Assembly: GCA_039024555.1 (NCBI GenBank)
Contig: JBCCQQ010000014.1
Location: 1 to 64,000 of the forward strand
Reading direction: 5' to 3'
Source: Cyanobacteria bacterium P01_D01_bin.156
GTDB taxonomy: Bacteria; Cyanobacteriota; Cyanobacteriia; Phormidesmidales; Phormidesmidaceae
Length of the DNA stretch: 64,000 nucleotides
Position 1 is the first letter of the stretch. The number at the start of each line of letters is the position of its first letter. The notes below the pieces were generated by a model. That model saw only the letters and a list, made by a program, of their open reading frames with translations, searched no databases and was not told the origin of the DNA. Position numbers and translations under genes: made by a program. This document shows, in pieces, positions 31,290-41,738 of this stretch.

Positions 31290-32987
31290 TTACACAGGCT
31301 CCTGCTCTAAAACACCAGTTACAGAATTAGACACTAGGGGTTCACCGCTACCGTAGCCATAAGGACCCGACACGATCATGGGAATCTCTTCAAAGTTCTC
31401 ATGGGGGGGTGGGGACGCCACTAACCATTCCAAGCCAATGGCCCGCCAGGGATTATCTCCGGCCTTCTCGCCACGGGTCCAGGAACTTAGCATGTTGAGG
31501 ATAAATGGTAAAATCGATACCCCCAATAGGAACCCCCCTAAACTTGCAATCACATTCCAAAAAGCAAATTCAGGATCGTAGGATGCCACCCGACGGGGCA
31601 TACCGTGCAATCCCATCGGGTGCATCGGCAGGAAAATGAGGTTAATGCCGAGGAATGTCAACAAAAAGTGCAGCTTACCCAGACCTTCGTAGTACATTCT
31701 CCCAGTCATTTTAGGGAACCAGTGGTAAATGGCGGCAAAAAATCCCATCACCACCGCACCGTTAATCACATAGTGAAAATGGCCCACCACAAAGTAGGTG
31801 TTGTTGACGTGAATATCAAAGGGGGCGGAGGCCAGCATAATCCCAGTGATGCCTGCAAACAAAAATGTAAATAGCCCACCTAGGCCAAAGAGCATAGCGG
31901 AGGTGAGCCGCAGCTTGCCGCCCCAGATGGTAGCGACCCAGGCAAAGACCTTGATCCCCGTGGGAACGGAAATGGCCATGGTGGTAAACATAAACACCAT
32001 TCGCATCCAGCCTGCAGTGCCGCTGGCAAACATGTGGTGGACCCAGACAATGCCGCTGAGGCCGGTAATCACTAACGAAGAGATGGCTACTACCTTGTAG
32101 CCAAACAGGGGTTTGCGAGCATAGACCGGAAAAACCTCTGAAAAGATACCAAAAATCGGCAGGATAATCACATACACCGCCGGGTGGGAGTAGAACCAGA
32201 AGAAGTGCTGATACAGCACCGGATCGCCACCTCGGCTGGGTTCAAAAAAGCCGGTCCCCACGGTGAGATCTAACAACAGCATTACCGCACCAGCCGTCAG
32301 GGCTGGCAACCCAAATAGCTGAATAATCTGGGCGGAAAGCACGGTCCAACAAAAGGCCGGCATCTTAAACCAGCCCATGCCGGGAGCCCGCATTCTAAAA
32401 ATGGTGGTAACAATGTTAACCGCCCCCATAATGGAAGAGATACCCGAGAGCGCCACGGCCAAAATCCACAGGGACTGCCCGTTGATCAAGTTGCCAGTGG
32501 GATTTTGCAAACTTACCGGCGGATAGGCCCACCAGCCGGACTGGGAGGGGCCTCCGGGGACAAAAAAGCTAACAATTAGAATCACCCCAAACACAGGCAC
32601 CATCCAAAAAGCGACGGCATTGAGCCGGGGAAAAGCCATGTCCCTCGCCCCAATCATCAAAGGCACCAGATAGTTGGCCAATCCGTTGAGCATGGGAAAG
32701 GTCCACAAAAACAGCATGATGGTGCCATGCATGGTGAATAGACCGTTATAAACGGTGCGATCCACTAGGTCCGAGTCGGGGGTGATCAGCTCGCCGCGCA
32801 TAATCATCGCCAACAAACCACCCACTAAAAAGAAGAAAAAGGCCGTGACAATGTATTGAATGCCGATCACTTTATGGTCGGTACTGAAGCCAAAAAATCT
32901 GCGCCAGTCTTCTGGCTCACCTGGCTGGTGAGGGGCTATATCGGTGGCAGAACTGGGAGGGCGTACCTCCAGAGATGGATTTGTCAT
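31290..32987 (-). CDS. ctaD: Heme-copper oxidase subunit I (ARTO-type)
   Basis: TDHKVIGIQY, MHGTIM, WFYSHPAVY, VWVHHM and GHFHYV metal-ligand motifs. Confidence 0.96.
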   Translation of the reverse strand: MTNPSLEVRPPSSATDIAPHQPGEPEDWRRFFGFSTDHKVIGIQYIVTAFFFFLVGGLLAMIMRGELITPDSDLVDRTVYNGLFTMHGTIMLFLWTFPMLNGLANYLVPLMIGARDMAFPRLNAVAFWMVPVFGVILIVSFFVPGGPSQSGWWAYPPVSLQNPTGNLINGQSLWILAVALSGISSIMGAVNIVTTIFRMRAPGMGWFKMPAFCWTVLSAQIIQLFGLPALTAGAVMLLLDLTVGTGFFEPSRGGDPVLYQHFFWFYSHPAVYVIILPIFGIFSEVFPVYARKPLFGYKVVAISSLVITGLSGIVWVHHMFASGTAGWMRMVFMFTTMAISVPTGIKVFAWVATIWGGKLRLTSAMLFGLGGLFTFLFAGITGIMLASAPFDIHVNNTYFVVGHFHYVINGAVVMGFFAAIYHWFPKMTGRMYYEGLGKLHFLLTFLGINLIFLPMHPMGLHGMPRRVASYDPEFAFWNVIASLGGFLLGVSILPFILNMLSSWTRGEKAGDNPWRAIGLEWLVASPPPHENFEEIPMIVSGPYGYGSGEPLVSNSVTGVLEQEPV

Positions 32988-32992
32988 GGTTA

Positions 32993-33907
32993 CTAGCGAT
33001 CGCGAATGGAGTAGTTAACAATAGGTGCGGGCGCAGGTTGAATCGTCTTATAGCGAAATCCGGGACGGCGTGAAACTTTTTGATACTCGTCGTAGGCTGC
33101 GTTGGCAGCCGATGCAGGGGCACGCTCAGCAGCAGCGGCCAACCACTGTTGATACTCATCTGCTGATTCCACAACAACATTGGTTTGGTTGGCGGCAAAG
33201 TAGGTGCCGCTGTACTCTGAATCTCTAACCCGATAGCGCCCCAATCGAATGGGGGTAAATGAGAAGTCAATCTCCTTACCGGGGACAACGTCTTGTTTCA
33301 CCCGAAAAGCGGGGACAAAAAAGCCATGGAGCACATCTTCAGAAGTGAGCTTAAAGTGCGATCGCTGATTAATGGGCAGGTGTAGCTCAGTGCTACTAAT
33401 GCCAGCATCGGGATAATAAAATTCCCAGGACCACTGTTTTGCATGTACTTCGATGGGCTGCATTCCAGCTGTTACGGCGGTAGACACACCTTCATTGGTA
33501 ATCGCCCCGAGAATACCCATACCCCGATAGGTTTGATAGCTTGCGGTGGCAATCCAGATCACCAACAAAATTGGAATTGCGGTCCAAATCACCTCTAGCT
33601 TAATGTTGCCTTCAATCGGCGGACCATCGCTGGCATCGTATTTAGCCGCTCGCTGAAAGATGACCGAATACAACAGAGTGCCAGTCACTCCAACAAAAAT
33701 AAAGCTGCCAATGGCCGTCATTAAACTAAACAGACGATCCACAAGTACTGCCTCTGCCGATGCCTGGGGAGGCATCCATTGATAGGCTTGTTGCCCCATC
33801 CAAAGGCTAAATAAGAAGTTTGCGATCGCGAGCCCAACCAGCCACAGTATCTGCTGACGGTTCAGTATGGCACCTAAGGATCTGGGTTCAGTATTGTCAG
33901 TAGTCAC
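32993..33907 (-). CDS. ctaC: Heme-copper oxidase subunit II lacking CuA (alternative respiratory terminal oxidase)
   Basis: LEVIWTAIP, QWSWEFYY and DVLHGF motifs. The CxExCGxxHxxM site is replaced by DSEYSGTYFAAN. Confidence 0.9.
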   Translation of the reverse strand: MTTDNTEPRSLGAILNRQQILWLVGLAIANFLFSLWMGQQAYQWMPPQASAEAVLVDRLFSLMTAIGSFIFVGVTGTLLYSVIFQRAAKYDASDGPPIEGNIKLEVIWTAIPILLVIWIATASYQTYRGMGILGAITNEGVSTAVTAGMQPIEVHAKQWSWEFYYPDAGISSTELHLPINQRSHFKLTSEDVLHGFFVPAFRVKQDVVPGKEIDFSFTPIRLGRYRVRDSEYSGTYFAANQTNVVVESADEYQQWLAAAAERAPASAANAAYDEYQKVSRRPGFRYKTIQPAPAPIVNYSIRDR

Positions 33908-34022
33908 GGTGTCGCGTTAGGGTACAGGGTCTAAATCAGAATGCGGTGCCGCAGCCTCGGTTTTCTAGAGTTGTTGGGGAAGCACCATACTCAAAACAAC
34001 AGTGGTAAACCTTCAGGCGCTC

Positions 34023-34688
34023 CTACTCTATTAGAAGTGCTGCAGTGGATGGCTTGGGAGACGATGCCGATAGCCGATCGGAGACCTGCTCTAGGTTCAG
34101 ACCATCGTTTACGAGTCGATCTGCGGTCACATGCACTCCAAAGTCAGCCCCTAGGTGAGCTCCCAAGGTGCCGTGGGCAAACATCAGCACAAAGATAAAG
34201 AGTCCTGAAAATAGATAGTTCCAGGCAACCTGCTGCCCTCGGTCTTCCCGCCATAGGTAACGCTGTAGAGCACGCCAAATGGTCATACCTACAATCAGAC
34301 CTAACAAAACAACCCCCCCCACGCCGTGCCAAACCATTGTGTCGCGGGCACTTAATCCCCAGGGACTGATCATGTCTTGGGGAGGGGCGGCCAACAATAT
34401 TTCATAAAAGCCTGCTGCCACCGTAAAAAAGGTAATAACAGCCGCCGCGACCATGTTAAACCAGCCGACATCGTATAGACCGGCCCGGTTAACGGGAATG
34501 GCTAAAAACTTGAATAGGGGTTTTTCCAGGACATAGAATGTGGCAACAACATCGAATGCGATCGCAACAATAAACAATCCTAGAGTCAGATGTACCAGAT
34601 TAGGATGAATCGGCAAGCTGTAGGGTAGTCCATTTATCCCTGCCGCCAAAAGTGGATGGTGGCCAGCGGCGATATCACACAGCAACAT
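34023..34688 (-). CDS. DUF2231 family membrane protein
   Basis: IHPNLVHLTLGLF motif with further conserved His residues; the ATG overlaps the upstream stop (TAATG). Confidence 0.82.
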   Translation of the reverse strand: MLLCDIAAGHHPLLAAGINGLPYSLPIHPNLVHLTLGLFIVAIAFDVVATFYVLEKPLFKFLAIPVNRAGLYDVGWFNMVAAAVITFFTVAAGFYEILLAAPPQDMISPWGLSARDTMVWHGVGGVVLLGLIVGMTIWRALQRYLWREDRGQQVAWNYLFSGLFIFVLMFAHGTLGAHLGADFGVHVTADRLVNDGLNLEQVSDRLSASSPKPSTAALLIE

Positions 34689-35191
34689 TACGGCAACAAC
34701 CCTCCTCGTGTAGCCTCTACCACAGCCTCAGTGTGCAAACCATAGATCCAAACCAATTTATCTCCAAGATAGGTTTGGAAAATAACAATGAATGCCAGCA
34801 CTGCATTCATCCCCAAATACAGCGTGGGCAGTTGCGCAGTTCCCTGCAGACGTAAAATATATCGCCAGCCCGTGATCACAGCCAATACCCCAGACAGGGA
34901 CCAGCCGATCAGAGTATGCAGGTTCAAATCAGCTACGGCTGAAGCATAGGGCTTAGCCAGCCCCGCCTCCAGTTGGCCAAAAATGATGGCGATAAAAATA
35001 GAAACTGTGGCAAAAACCATATTCCACCATCCCACCTCCTGTAGGCGGGCATTTTTAGTGAAATAGGCAATGCCATCACACACAACAGCAAACAACACCA
35101 TCGCAATAACAAAATGCACCACAATGGGATGAATGGTATCGGGATAGGGCAAATTATGGCTGTTTAGTGGAGGCAATAAATTCTCAAACAT
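34688..35191 (-). CDS. DUF2231 family membrane protein
   Basis: IHPIVVHFVIAM, VGWWN and LGDKLVWIYG motifs; first gene of the ARTO operon. Confidence 0.82.
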   Translation of the reverse strand: MFENLLPPLNSHNLPYPDTIHPIVVHFVIAMVLFAVVCDGIAYFTKNARLQEVGWWNMVFATVSIFIAIIFGQLEAGLAKPYASAVADLNLHTLIGWSLSGVLAVITGWRYILRLQGTAQLPTLYLGMNAVLAFIVIFQTYLGDKLVWIYGLHTEAVVEATRGGLLP

Positions 35192-35423
35192 ACCTCTCTC
35201 CAGAAGACAAAAGATAAGTAAAAACTTTTCTTACAATCCCTAGTTATCTGCCGTATTACTAACTAGTCAAAGCAAGACAGATACTCAAGACCAATTAATA
35301 TCTACTACCTTTGAATGCTAACGTCTTAAAGAGATTATTGCCCTTTCAATCAAACCTTATCTTTAGATTTGTAATGTTGTTTTAGACAATTCATAAGAAT
35401 AAAATAGCCGCCATAGAGAAAGC

Positions 35424-36839
35424 TCAATTCAGATTAGATTTAAGAATATGTTGTGTGTTGAGCTGTAAACCAAGAGCGCCAGGTCCCAACCGTAAAATAT
35501 CCTCATACTGTTCAATAGAGGCTGGATAAGCCCGTTGTCGGCAGGTTTGCCAATGCTCATTAGCATCAGTAGATCGTCCCTGTCGCTCATGTAAAGCCGC
35601 CAGATAGCAATAGGCTACTCCCCGGCCTGGGTAGGTTTTTTGATGGATATTTCTATGGTCAACGGTATCCTCAATAACAACAGATTTTTGAAAATGCTGA
35701 GTGGCTTCTTGAAGCAGTACTTGTTGGCCCGCTTCACCTCCCTCATTAGCCTCGCTACGTTTTAGTAGGGTAATGCCCAAATTTCTGTGGAACGATGCTT
35801 TTAAGACCTGCCTTTCTAAATCTAGAGGCTCCAGATGATCTAACTGGTTTAAACCGATACGAAATAGAACCTCTGCATCCAATAAGCCGCTCAGTTCACC
35901 AAACTCACCTGAATGCTCATTGTCAGCTGCCGCTAAACTCAGGGTACCCATGCCATTCAGGGCAACTAAGTCTCCCTTGAGCAGGCCATCTTGGTACTCT
36001 GCCTGAGCTTCCTGAAAGTTTTCCAAATTTTGGTAAACTTCGGCCAAATGATTGTGGGGAGCAGTTTCTTCTGGATTAAAGGCAATCGCTTCTTTGTAAT
36101 ATTCAATAGCTCCGTAGAGATTACCAGCCTGTTGGGCCTTTAGCCCCTGGTGGTAGTAGTAAGCAGAAAATTGAGGTAGGGAGTTATATATGCCATAGGA
36201 GGCCAACAACAATAAAAGAGAGGCCACCAACGTCACCTCTGCATGCAAATACGCTGGAAGGTTAAACCGCCTGAGGGTGCGTTTTATCAATTTTCGCCCA
36301 CGCTGAGTCAGAGACCCGCCTGCAATCACCACTAATCCCGTAGCTTGAGATAATGTGCTAAAGGTTTGTAATAAATCAAACCCACCAACGACAGAGAACG
36401 CCTGGGCCGTAATGGTGACCAAGGAAGCCGATAGCATCAAGCTAGCAGCGCTCAAAAGGTTCCACAGCCAGTCAAATCGATCTAATCGATGCCGCGCGGG
36501 TTCTGGAATATACGCCTCCAACCACCACCACCAGGCAGTTTCATCAGGCTGGCGGCTTCTGCGACAGTCTGCTAACCGACCCTCCTTAACCAGGTGAGGG
36601 GCTAACCGTTGCAGCCGGTCATCCAAGTCACTGAGGCGTGCTAGCACCTTCGCCTGCTGGATAATCGATTTCTGGCTTTTCAGTTTGCTATCAACGGCAT
36701 CTCTAACCAATAACAGCCGAAGAATTTGTTGCTTGGTGATGGCGTCTGTTTTATCCAAACGCGCTAATTCTTGGCCATAGGCTTGCAATGCTAGTTGCAT
36801 ATCTTGACCTGGCCGTTGGGGAGGGGCTGTCTGTACCAT
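35424..36839 (-). CDS. Membrane protein with C-terminal TPR repeats
   Basis: Several TM segments followed by TPR-like AIEYYKEAIAFNPEETAPHNHLAEVY. Confidence 0.8.
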   Translation of the reverse strand: MVQTAPPQRPGQDMQLALQAYGQELARLDKTDAITKQQILRLLLVRDAVDSKLKSQKSIIQQAKVLARLSDLDDRLQRLAPHLVKEGRLADCRRSRQPDETAWWWWLEAYIPEPARHRLDRFDWLWNLLSAASLMLSASLVTITAQAFSVVGGFDLLQTFSTLSQATGLVVIAGGSLTQRGRKLIKRTLRRFNLPAYLHAEVTLVASLLLLLASYGIYNSLPQFSAYYYHQGLKAQQAGNLYGAIEYYKEAIAFNPEETAPHNHLAEVYQNLENFQEAQAEYQDGLLKGDLVALNGMGTLSLAAADNEHSGEFGELSGLLDAEVLFRIGLNQLDHLEPLDLERQVLKASFHRNLGITLLKRSEANEGGEAGQQVLLQEATQHFQKSVVIEDTVDHRNIHQKTYPGRGVAYCYLAALHERQGRSTDANEHWQTCRQRAYPASIEQYEDILRLGPGALGLQLNTQHILKSNLN

Positions 36840-36888
36840 TCCGTTTACACTGCCGGAAGACTAAGGTTCCTACAGATATACTGTTCCC

Positions 36889-38292
36889 CTAAACCGGGAG
36901 CAGCACAATAAAACAGGTGCGTCCTGGCACCGACTCCAGCATCAGGCTACCGCCATGGCGGTTTTCAACAATCCGCCGCACCACGTCCAGACCTAAACCA
37001 GAGCCTTTGCCCATGGGCTTGGTCGTAAAGAAAGGTTCTGTTAAACGGTTGTGCAGCTCCTCTGGAATTCCTGGCCCGTTATCTTCCACCTCTACCCGTA
37101 AACAGTCATTTTTTTGACAGGTACGAATGGTAATTTTAGGCACATCCCCGGTAAATCCTTCATTTAAGGCATCAATGGCATTGTCAATCAGATTGGTCCA
37201 TACCTGGTTGAGCTCGCTGCCAAAGGCCATAATTTCGGGCAGGTCTTGGTCATAGCGACGCGCTACGGTGATGCCGTGTTTTAGCTTAAAGGAAAAGAGT
37301 CGCAGGGTATCTTCAATACCATTGTGAATGTTGATCTGTTGTTGGGCAGCGCGGTCCATGTAGGAGTAGGACTTCATCGACTGCACTAGGGTAGAAATGC
37401 GTTCGGCTCCATCCAAACCGTTGTGGATCATGCCCATTACTTCAAACGATAGGGCCAACCAACGCAGCCCCATATCTCTGAGTTCGGTGGGATCATCCCG
37501 CCAGCGTTCCATAATGCTGTCCAACCTAGCAGGGTCTACGTGGCCAGCAGCTAGCGGTTCTGCCAACTTCCATGCTTCTTCAATGCCGTAGTCTTCTAGC
37601 CAGTCTGTCAGCATATCCTCACGATCGCCTTGGGCTAGGGGGTCATTATCTGGTTTTGCAATGGCCTGAAAACCGCGATCGCGAATATCTTCCCACTCAT
37701 CCGTATGCTCATCTTCCACCTGCTGCTGACCGTAGACCAAGTTCATCCGCTGCAGCTCTAACATGGCCGGTTGCAAGTCCTTGAGGGCACGGACTAGGGC
37801 GGCGGCGGGATTATTAAGTTCGTGGGCTAAGCCAGCCGATAACGTGCCCAGGGCCGCCATTTTTTCACGGCTCTGAATAAACGACTCTAACCCCCGCAAC
37901 CGTTTACTGACGGTACGAAAAATATCTCGCTCGAACTCTCGACAGCTGTGGAGAACGTCTAAAAAGTCTAGACATTGGAGACGGTATAGATCGACATCTG
38001 TATCAGCAGTTACCGTCACCGGCACTCGGTCTTCTGTAAGTACCTGAATTTCACCAAAAAAGGATGGGCTCTGGTGACGGCCAACGGGCATATCCACACC
38101 ATTACTTTGGCGGGTAATGGTAATCTGACCACTCAGCTGGATAAAGAAGCCCAGAGGACGGCCGCCTTCCCTAACCAGCACGTCGCCTGGTGCCAGTTGA
38201 ATATGTTCGGCGCGATCGCAAATCCAATCTAACCGTTGTCGAGGCAGTGATTGAAATTCAACCATCTGCAACAGAGACTCTGCACACAACAT
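36889..38292 (-). CDS. Cytoplasmic sensor histidine kinase with N-terminal cNMP-binding-like domain
   Basis: FFGEI cNMP-fold motif; H-box AHELNNP; QVWTNLIDNAIDA, DNGPGIP and FFTTKPMGKGSGLGL. Confidence 0.92.
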   Translation of the reverse strand: MLCAESLLQMVEFQSLPRQRLDWICDRAEHIQLAPGDVLVREGGRPLGFFIQLSGQITITRQSNGVDMPVGRHQSPSFFGEIQVLTEDRVPVTVTADTDVDLYRLQCLDFLDVLHSCREFERDIFRTVSKRLRGLESFIQSREKMAALGTLSAGLAHELNNPAAALVRALKDLQPAMLELQRMNLVYGQQQVEDEHTDEWEDIRDRGFQAIAKPDNDPLAQGDREDMLTDWLEDYGIEEAWKLAEPLAAGHVDPARLDSIMERWRDDPTELRDMGLRWLALSFEVMGMIHNGLDGAERISTLVQSMKSYSYMDRAAQQQINIHNGIEDTLRLFSFKLKHGITVARRYDQDLPEIMAFGSELNQVWTNLIDNAIDALNEGFTGDVPKITIRTCQKNDCLRVEVEDNGPGIPEELHNRLTEPFFTTKPMGKGSGLGLDVVRRIVENRHGGSLMLESVPGRTCFIVLLPV

Positions 38293-38298
38293 TATTTG

Positions 38299-38931
38299 TT
38301 ATTCTCCTTCACCCGTTAGGGCCACATAGCCACCTAAAGCAATTAATCCTGTTCCTGTTATATGGCGCTGTCTAGCCCTTAGCTTTGAGCTAGATTTTAG
38401 CCATTGCCCAATGGGGCCTGCCAAGCTAATGACGACCAAGTCCACACTAGTGTTTAGTACAACAGAAATCGTACCCAGTAATAGAAACTGGGCAAAAATA
38501 ACTCCGTCTGGATTTATAAACTGAGGAATAAACGCCAAAAAGAATAGGGCTGTTTTAGGATTTAAAGCCTCCACCGTCACACCCTGAAAAAAGGCTCGCT
38601 GATATCCAGAACGAGGCATAGTCGCTGTAGAAATAGAGTTCTCATCCCGGCCCAAAATTGTCTTAACGCCCAGATACATTAAATACGCCGCCCCAAAATA
38701 TTTCACCAAATTAAACGCTAAGGCGGATGCCGCCAGCACCAGCGAAATCCCTAAAGCCGCTGCAACAACATGGAACATGCCTCCAACAGAGGTGCCTAGG
38801 GCTGAAGCCAAGCCTTCCATCCGACCGCCTCTAATACTGCGGGTCATCACGTAAAAAATGCCGGGGCCAGGGGTGATGGCCAATACAATGGCCGCACTCA
38901 AAAACAGTGAAAAGGTCGAAAAATCAGGCAT
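38299..38931 (-). CDS. LysE/RhtB family translocator
   Basis: ITPGPG, GAAYLMYLG and LNPKTALFFLAFIPQF motifs. Confidence 0.93.
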   Translation of the reverse strand: MPDFSTFSLFLSAAIVLAITPGPGIFYVMTRSIRGGRMEGLASALGTSVGGMFHVVAAALGISLVLAASALAFNLVKYFGAAYLMYLGVKTILGRDENSISTATMPRSGYQRAFFQGVTVEALNPKTALFFLAFIPQFINPDGVIFAQFLLLGTISVVLNTSVDLVVISLAGPIGQWLKSSSKLRARQRHITGTGLIALGGYVALTGEGE

Positions 38932-39207
38932 AGGACAATACCTAGCAGGGTTAGGGTACTAGTGAGCCCTGAAATACTAGCTCAAGTCAGAACTAAAGAG
39001 GGGTTCATTAGTCGATGTAAGGTGTGGAACTGCTAAAGAAGCGTAGCAATTGAATCAAAAGCTTGCAAAGTCGAGTGAATTCCACTTCCTTGATTCCCAT
39101 CGCTGAAATACTACGCTGTAAAATATATTATCTTGAGGTATGGACGACATTTACATCGGAATAACCCGATAGTCTAAATTAAGCTCGAATTATTCGGTGA
39201 AAGTTGT

Positions 39208-41406
39208 ATGACAGGTTCAGAAGCTTTATTTTTAGCTGCATTATCTGGATTGACTAGCATCATAACAGACGTCATCAAGGACACAGGGACTGGAATTGTC
39301 AAAAAAATAGATATCAGTCTAAATGTCTCAAGAAAGCGAATAATCGAGAGATATGTAAGGCATTACTTGCAATATTATGGTGGACTAAAAGTATCTTGTC
39401 TGGGGATAAATGAGCCTATTGACCTTGAGAAGGTTTATGTTAGTCCAAAGGTTTTTGGTCGTTCTATAAAAGATTATCAGTCTAGAGAAGATGTAGAAAA
39501 TGATTTTTTGGCTACTTTGAATTATGGTTCTGGCAAATCATCGGTAGCTACAAGCAATGCAATTGATGTAGCTAATGAGAATCAGTTTTTAATGATTTTG
39601 GGAGGCCCAGGAAGTGGAAAATCAGTCTTTTTGAGAAAACTTGGACTGGAAGCTCTTAAGGGAGGGAAAGGGCCTTATAAGCAGAAGTGTTGGCCAGTTT
39701 TAATTGAACTTAGGTCTTTTGACGGAGAGTCAGGTTCTCTTGAGAAGATGATAGCCAAGGAATTTGTCGGTCACCTTGAGTTGGATGATGCTTATAATCT
39801 GGTGCGAGGGCTATTAGAAAAGGGCAAGTTGTTGATCTTACTGGATGGTATAGATGAGATACCTCTTAATGGGAAAAGGTTTGTTCTTAGTGAGATAGAG
39901 AGGTTTATTAAGGATTATGGCAATAATCGTTTTGTAGCTTCTTGTAGAGAGGCTGCATACACCTTTAGGACAGAGTTTAGGTTGTTCAAGGATGTTGTCA
40001 TGGCGTCATTTGAGGATGATCAAATTCGGGATTATATCAACCGTTGGTTTGAGTATTCAAAGTCTGGCCATACAGAAGAAGAACGTGCAGAGATGGCTCG
40101 GGAATGCCGGAGATTAATAGGAGTAAGAGGACAAGAGCATGTTCAGCAGTTAGCCAGAACACCTTTACTTTTGACTTTGCTCTGCTCAGTTTATGAGAAA
40201 AATCTTAATTTCCCAAAAAATAAATCGCTTCTGATTTCCCGTGCACTGTCTGTGGTTATGCAGGATTGGGTGAAGGGCAGATCTGTTGAGTATTCTCAGG
40301 AGCATAAGTTTTTAGATCCAGACCTTCAGGAGGATTTGCTGTCGGATATCGCTTATTCCCAATTTGAAGAAGGCAATATTGTTTTTTATCGAAACAACAT
40401 ACTGGAAGTCTTTTTGGAAGGTATTGAAGGTAATCGAAATGCTTCAAAGTCTCTAAATGGGGAATCGGTTTTACAGATTACAGAGGTCCAGCAAGGCATT
40501 CTTGTTAAGCTATATCCAAAGATTTATTCCTTTTCTCATTTTACATTACAAGAGTATTTTGTTGCGCGGTACATCGTTGACAATGAAGAGTTGAATGAAC
40601 TTATCTCATCGTATCTTTTTGTGGAGAGATGGAGGGAGGTTTTTGTCTTGGCCTCAGGATTAATAAGAGGGAGGAAAAATCCTGAGTTTTTTTTGTTTTC
40701 TATAAAAGATGAATTGAATAAATACTACGAACAGCATGAGTTAGAGGGCGTAGTTCATTTCTCTAATTCACTTGTTTCTTCCGATCATTCAGATTATCTC
40801 TATGCAGGTAAGTTAGCTGCATTCGTATATATCATAAGAACGTTTCTGGCCTTGGCTCGTTTTGAAATTGAATTTGATGCGCTTAAGGATCCCTTGTGTT
40901 TAAGAGCTTTACATTTAAGCTCTTCTCTCGGGCTTTTCCCAAATCCTGATGATTTTGTTGCTTTTGGGTTTATATTAGATGCCTTGTTTCATTTTGCCAT
41001 TCTTAAGAGCGATTTACCTTCCATGAAGGGAGTAAGACTCCGTGGTACTTCTTATAGGGTTAATGCTACATGTGAAAATGCATTTAAGAGGATGGAGTAT
41101 TTGGAAGAGATAGGAATTTTTAATCCGCGGAGCATCTTGAATATAAAAAAAATAATGCAGCATTATGGAGATGAAAACTTTCCTGTACCTCCAGACGAGA
41201 ATAGCAAAAAGAAGCTTATTTATGAAATCTTAAGTTTATATCTCAAGGCTTTAGGCATAAATAAATCGGTGTTAAAGATAGTGGCTATAAAGAATGACTC
41301 TTTAGGTGCCTTCTTCTATGGAACAGACTTGCTTGTATGTTGTATGAAAGCATCTGCACGCATTTCTCCTGATGTATGGGATGAGCTTAGTACTCAGCTC
41401 ATTTAA
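39208..41406 (+). CDS. NACHT-family STAND NTPase
   Basis: Walker A GGPGSGKS, Walker B LILLDGIDE, TPLLLTLLC, FSHFTLQEYF and RWREVF motifs; visibly AT-rich. Confidence 0.9.
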   Translation: MTGSEALFLAALSGLTSIITDVIKDTGTGIVKKIDISLNVSRKRIIERYVRHYLQYYGGLKVSCLGINEPIDLEKVYVSPKVFGRSIKDYQSREDVENDFLATLNYGSGKSSVATSNAIDVANENQFLMILGGPGSGKSVFLRKLGLEALKGGKGPYKQKCWPVLIELRSFDGESGSLEKMIAKEFVGHLELDDAYNLVRGLLEKGKLLILLDGIDEIPLNGKRFVLSEIERFIKDYGNNRFVASCREAAYTFRTEFRLFKDVVMASFEDDQIRDYINRWFEYSKSGHTEEERAEMARECRRLIGVRGQEHVQQLARTPLLLTLLCSVYEKNLNFPKNKSLLISRALSVVMQDWVKGRSVEYSQEHKFLDPDLQEDLLSDIAYSQFEEGNIVFYRNNILEVFLEGIEGNRNASKSLNGESVLQITEVQQGILVKLYPKIYSFSHFTLQEYFVARYIVDNEELNELISSYLFVERWREVFVLASGLIRGRKNPEFFLFSIKDELNKYYEQHELEGVVHFSNSLVSSDHSDYLYAGKLAAFVYIIRTFLALARFEIEFDALKDPLCLRALHLSSSLGLFPNPDDFVAFGFILDALFHFAILKSDLPSMKGVRLRGTSYRVNATCENAFKRMEYLEEIGIFNPRSILNIKKIMQHYGDENFPVPPDENSKKKLIYEILSLYLKALGINKSVLKIVAIKNDSLGAFFYGTDLLVCCMKASARISPDVWDELSTQLI

Positions 41407-41738
41407 ACTGATAGTATTTAGCCTGTCTCTGTCGAATACTTTTTAAGATTACTAATAGTATGGGCTTTTTGCTTCTTAGTGGGCTTTCCCAAGCTTAATG
41501 CAACTAAGGCAATCCGTCTGCAACAGTTTTTTATCTGCCATCATAGGGGAATGGTTTCAACTCTCTATGTGCCATCCCCATTAATACATTAGTATTTTCG
41601 CATTAATACGCACATGAGCTAATCATGTCGCTACTGAACTTTTAACTCATGTTTTGTGAGCTTAGAGTAAACAGAATGCTGTATTGATGAAGTTCAGTTT
41701 CCATGGTCTCCGCATTTACCGCGATCTTCAAGCAGCAT

